64,000 bases of DNA from positions 1,630 through 65,629 of the forward strand of contig CANQCZ010000005.1 in the NCBI GenBank assembly GCA_947591215.1, read 5' to 3'. This DNA is from an uncultured Bacilli bacterium (lineage in GTDB: Bacteria; Bacillota_I; Bacilli_A; RFN20; CAG-449). Positions 60,703-64,000 of this stretch are shown here, piece after piece (the first letter of the stretch is position 1; each line of letters begins with the position of its first letter). The position numbers and the translations under genes were made by a program. Below the pieces are notes generated by a model. It did not search any database. It saw only the letters and a list, made by a program, of their open reading frames with translations, and was not told the origin of the DNA.

Positions 60703-62433
60703 TCAGTTATGATTGTTTTTTTGGGACAACAATCTTTTGTTCCTTGATGATACATGTCTTTTTACGATTTGATAGATAAAGAAAGTCAAAATAATGCCGG
60801 CGGAAACACCGAGAATCACATAATAAGGAACCATATTGGTGTAGGCACGAATTTGACCCCACATGATGACGACGTCATTGTTGGCATCTTCAAAATCGTT
60901 CATCACAGCGCATCGAGCGATCGTCTCTTCATCGGGATACTGAGTCATCAATCCATTTTGAGATTCTTGTAAAGGATAGATGATTCCGTTGCGCTCGGGG
61001 CTTATATGTCCTTCAAATAAGAACTTTAAGTCGTAAGGTTCTTCAAAGACATATTCTTCAGGATCGACTTCTTCAAAGTATTCTTCATCGGTCGGAAGAT
61101 GATTTATCGAATCCTTGATACAAACGTAAAATTTATCATCGTAATGAACTAAGGTCGGATCGACTTCGATTTCATTACCATCTTCGTCGACGTCAACTGA
61201 ATCGTAATATTCGCGTCCTTCAAAATAATCGGCACAACCATACCAATCAGAAGCCATGTTGAAAACTTCTTCACTGGTAATAAACGGAGTATAACCGGTA
61301 TAATCCATATTTTGCGAAGCGTTGTAAGGATCGGAGATAAAATCGACAAAGGCGCAAGCGAGTTCTTTATCGCAACCTTTTGGAAAAACCCAGCCATCGT
61401 ACCAAATGTTGCTACCTTCTTCCGGAACGTAATATTCAAGAACTTTTTCTTGTTGTTCCATCGCCACGTCAATCGAATATACCGCATCTCCCGACCACGC
61501 TAAATTCATCTTGATTTTACCGGTGACGATATCGTTTTTTCCTGAATCAACTTCAAATCCGAAGATGTTCTTTTTAAGTTCAATCAATTCGTGATTGACG
61601 ACATCGATAATATCTTCATAGTTTTCTTCGGTGATCACTAAATCAAGGATTCCTTGGACGACTTCGTTGTATTCAGCTCTTAAAGTATCGATTTCTTCTT
61701 GACTCGAGGCATTTTTAAGTTTATTTAAATACTCTTCTCGAGCCGGGTTTAAAATATCTTCAGTATTTGAAAAGTCGCTTCCGCTATAAGCGTGGATTAA
61801 TCCGACCGTAAACGTATCGCGCATCGAATTTTTAATCGAAATCAAATTACGATAAGTCGGATCCCAAAAAACATCCCATGATTTGACATCTTCCTTGATG
61901 GTATCGCTGCAATAAGGATCGTAAATGATACCTAAAGTTCCCCACATATAGCCGGCCGCGTAAGAATCTAACGAAGTGTCCTTAATGCCGTCGTTATCGG
62001 TATCCGCGAACATCGACTTTAATTTACCGCGGACGATATTGGAAGCGTAAGTATCATAAATAGGGCATTCTTTAGCGATATCGACGGATTCTAAAAGTCC
62101 TTCGCGAATCATTCTTTGAATCATATAATCTGAAGTGCAGACCAAATCGTATGTTCCTTCGGGTTGTAAGGTAAATTGATTGTACATCGTTTCATTGGTG
62201 TCGAAAGTATAGTAATTTACTTTCGCGCCGGTTTCTTCTTCAAAAGCGTCGATTAAATCTTCATTGATATAGTCAAAGCTATTGTAGATTGTTAAAGTTT
62301 TGCCACTATAATCCGCTTGATCAAGATGTTGTTTTACATGCAAAGTATTTTTCAAAGAAGCAGAAGGAACATTCACCCCTGAAGCAAGTGCGGTAACAAA
62401 GAGCGAGATTAATAGCATCAATGATTGTTTCAT
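60703..62433 (-). CDS. potD: Spermidine/putrescine ABC transporter substrate-binding protein (extended, 576 aa)
   Basis: N-terminal signal peptide and a PotD-like core with acidic insertions. Upstream of potC and potB. Confidence 0.7.
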   Translation of the reverse strand: MKQSLMLLISLFVTALASGVNVPSASLKNTLHVKQHLDQADYSGKTLTIYNSFDYINEDLIDAFEEETGAKVNYYTFDTNETMYNQFTLQPEGTYDLVCTSDYMIQRMIREGLLESVDIAKECPIYDTYASNIVRGKLKSMFADTDNDGIKDTSLDSYAAGYMWGTLGIIYDPYCSDTIKEDVKSWDVFWDPTYRNLISIKNSMRDTFTVGLIHAYSGSDFSNTEDILNPAREEYLNKLKNASSQEEIDTLRAEYNEVVQGILDLVITEENYEDIIDVVNHELIELKKNIFGFEVDSGKNDIVTGKIKMNLAWSGDAVYSIDVAMEQQEKVLEYYVPEEGSNIWYDGWVFPKGCDKELACAFVDFISDPYNASQNMDYTGYTPFITSEEVFNMASDWYGCADYFEGREYYDSVDVDEDGNEIEVDPTLVHYDDKFYVCIKDSINHLPTDEEYFEEVDPEEYVFEEPYDLKFLFEGHISPERNGIIYPLQESQNGLMTQYPDEETIARCAVMNDFEDANNDVVIMWGQIRAYTNMVPYYVILGVSAGIILTFFIYQIVKRHVSSRNKRLLSQKNNHN

Positions 62434-62434
62434 T

Positions 62435-63241
62435 CTATAATCCTCCTTTTTTACGTTTGGCGATTACTTTTGCCTTGTGATTGCTGTAGATTGTTTTGCC
62501 GACCACAGAAACTAAGACGATGACGAAAATCAAAGTAGCTAAGGCTCTTACTTCCGGTGGAATCGGGTGTTTGGCAATGATTTTTTGAATATAGGTGGAA
62601 ATGGTTTCAAAAGAGGGTTCTTTTAAATATTGGGTGATTACAAAATCATCCAGTGATAACGTAATGGAAATCATAAATCCAGAAAGAATTCCCGGTAAAA
62701 TTTCCGGTAAAATCACTTTGTAAAGGGCATAACGCGGTTTGGCCCCAAGGTCAAGTGCTGCTTCATAGGTGTTAGGATCCATTTGCATTAACTTCGGTTT
62801 TACATTTAAATAGACGAAAGCTACGGTCAAAACGACGTGCCCAATAAGCAATGTGAAAAAGGTGAATTTCCAAGAAAGAGCGACCACCAACACCGCTAAA
62901 GAGAGGGCCATCACGATTTCGGCGTTGACCACCGGAAGTTGGGTCATGGTTTCAATCGCTTTTTTGGCTCTTGAAGACGAATAGTAGGCTCCAATCGCAC
63001 CGAGAGTTCCAATAATCGTCGAGACGACAGCGCTGCATATTGCGATGATAAAGGTGTTTTTGACCGCGTCCATCAAATCGTGATTGTTGAATAAATCAGC
63101 GTAGAGTTGCAAAGAAAATCCGGTCCAAACCCCGATTTGATCGCTGACGGTAAAGGAATAGACAACTAAAATCAAAATCGGAAGATACATCAATAAAAGC
63201 ATTAAATAAATAAAGCATCGCGCTAAAATTTTTCTTACCAT
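62435..63241 (-). CDS. potC: Spermidine/putrescine ABC transporter permease
   Basis: Six-TM permease with the EAA-like loop ALDLGAKPRYALYKVILP. Confidence 0.8.
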   Translation of the reverse strand: MVRKILARCFIYLMLLLMYLPILILVVYSFTVSDQIGVWTGFSLQLYADLFNNHDLMDAVKNTFIIAICSAVVSTIIGTLGAIGAYYSSSRAKKAIETMTQLPVVNAEIVMALSLAVLVVALSWKFTFFTLLIGHVVLTVAFVYLNVKPKLMQMDPNTYEAALDLGAKPRYALYKVILPEILPGILSGFMISITLSLDDFVITQYLKEPSFETISTYIQKIIAKHPIPPEVRALATLIFVIVLVSVVGKTIYSNHKAKVIAKRKKGGL

Positions 63242-63972
63242 ATAGATCTCCTTCCGCTATCTTCATCACCGGCAAATTTTCTGGTAACAAAGACGCTTAT
63301 AAGAATCAAAACCAACATGATTAACGCCATGAAGGAGCCGAAATTCCAATCGGATTGATTGAAATATAGATCGATATAACTTCCGAATAAAACGACATTG
63401 TACTCTGATAGAATGTCGGAAATGACATAAGAAGAAAGCGTCGGCATAAACACCATCGTCGCTCCTGAAACGATGCCGGGCATCGTCATTGGAATGATTA
63501 CTTTAAAAAAGTTTTTAAAAGGGTTAGCGCCAAGATCCATACCCGCTTCAATCTGATTGCGGTCCATCTTAAGCATCGTAGAATACAAAGGCAAAATCGT
63601 GAATGGTAAATAGTTATAAACAAGACCGATGAGCGTCGCTAATTCCGGATAGGAACCTCCCGATAGACCGATCCAAGTCAATAGATCGCGTGTCGCACCG
63701 GTTCTGATTACGAAATTAATCCACATCGGCATAATAAAGAGGGTGACAAGAACCGCGGAACGATTGATTTTACGATCGGCTAAAAAATACGCGATCGGAT
63801 AACCGATTAAAAGACATAACACCGTGTTTATCAATCCATAGCAAAGGGAAATCAATAAAACGTTGATGTTAGTTGAATCGGAAAAAAACTTTACGACATT
63901 GTCGAAAGAAAAATTGCCGGTAGTTTTATTGGTAAAAGCATAGAAGACAATCAAAACGACCGGAGCGATCAC
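63235..63972 (-). CDS. potB: Spermidine/putrescine ABC transporter permease. Probably 5'-truncated by the window edge.
   Basis: Permease with an EAA-like loop (GMDLGANPFKNFFKVIIP). The ORF reaches within 28 nt of the window end. Confidence 0.7.
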   Translation of the reverse strand: MIAPVVLIVFYAFTNKTTGNFSFDNVVKFFSDSTNINVLLISLCYGLINTVLCLLIGYPIAYFLADRKINRSAVLVTLFIMPMWINFVIRTGATRDLLTWIGLSGGSYPELATLIGLVYNYLPFTILPLYSTMLKMDRNQIEAGMDLGANPFKNFFKVIIPMTMPGIVSGATMVFMPTLSSYVISDILSEYNVVLFGSYIDLYFNQSDWNFGSFMALIMLVLILISVFVTRKFAGDEDSGRRSIW

Positions 63973-64000
63973 AAAGAAAAGGAAAAAGAGAATGTAAGGA

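Overview
This 64-kb window comes from a low-GC Gram-positive-type genome (Bacillota/Erysipelotrichia- or Mollicutes-like; standard genetic code). It has three parts.

(A) Positions 1 to about 28.7 kb are the right-hand portion of a siphovirus-type prophage. The gene order is primase-helicase C-terminus, a PAPS-reductase-family gene, a C5 DNA methyltransferase, early hypothetical genes, a putative terS, a nested FtsK-like/serine-recombinase module, terL, portal, scaffold, capsid, connector proteins, major tail protein, a frameshifted tail chaperone, tape measure, tail fibers, a diversity-generating retroelement (DGR), and a holin/XhlA-type lysis cassette.

The DGR is supported directly by the sequence. 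There is a reverse transcriptase with a YVDD motif. The template repeat (TR) lies at about 26121-26200. Variable repeat VR1 is the 3' end of the distal tail receptor-binding gene (24419-26014). A second, remote VR2 is the 3' end of gene 5180-6016, about 20 kb upstream. All TR/VR mismatches fall on TR adenines. Both VRs share the same 3' motif and a GC hairpin that TR lacks.

Other phage features are a (GA)12 tract that splits the PAPS-reductase gene by a 2-nt frame offset (candidate phase-variation switch), an internally triplicated variable region in the C5 methyltransferase, and a GAAAAAG -1 frameshift site in the tail chaperone gene.

(B) Positions about 29.1-40.0 kb are a very AT-rich accessory island of uncharacterised genes. 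It holds a 479-aa protein with degenerate DAC/DisA_N-like repeats, a WYL/WCX-like regulator divergent from a 724-aa protein with a C-terminal TerD-like domain, an AAA_14/DUF4143 ATPase, three paralogous membrane-anchored XRE HTH proteins with conserved upstream direct repeats, and an orphan promoter-terminator sRNA candidate. This is the best candidate for an undescribed defence or signalling locus.

(C) Positions 40-64 kb are core genes: pncA-like hydrolase, atpI-ppa-atpBEFHAGDC, thrS with a T-box leader, degV, pyk-pfkA, DnaD/DnaB-like plus dnaI, a C39-peptidase-domain membrane protein, a CBS protein, an AT-rich two-gene islet (soluble protein coupled to a 4-TM protein), and potDCB (potB truncated at the window edge).
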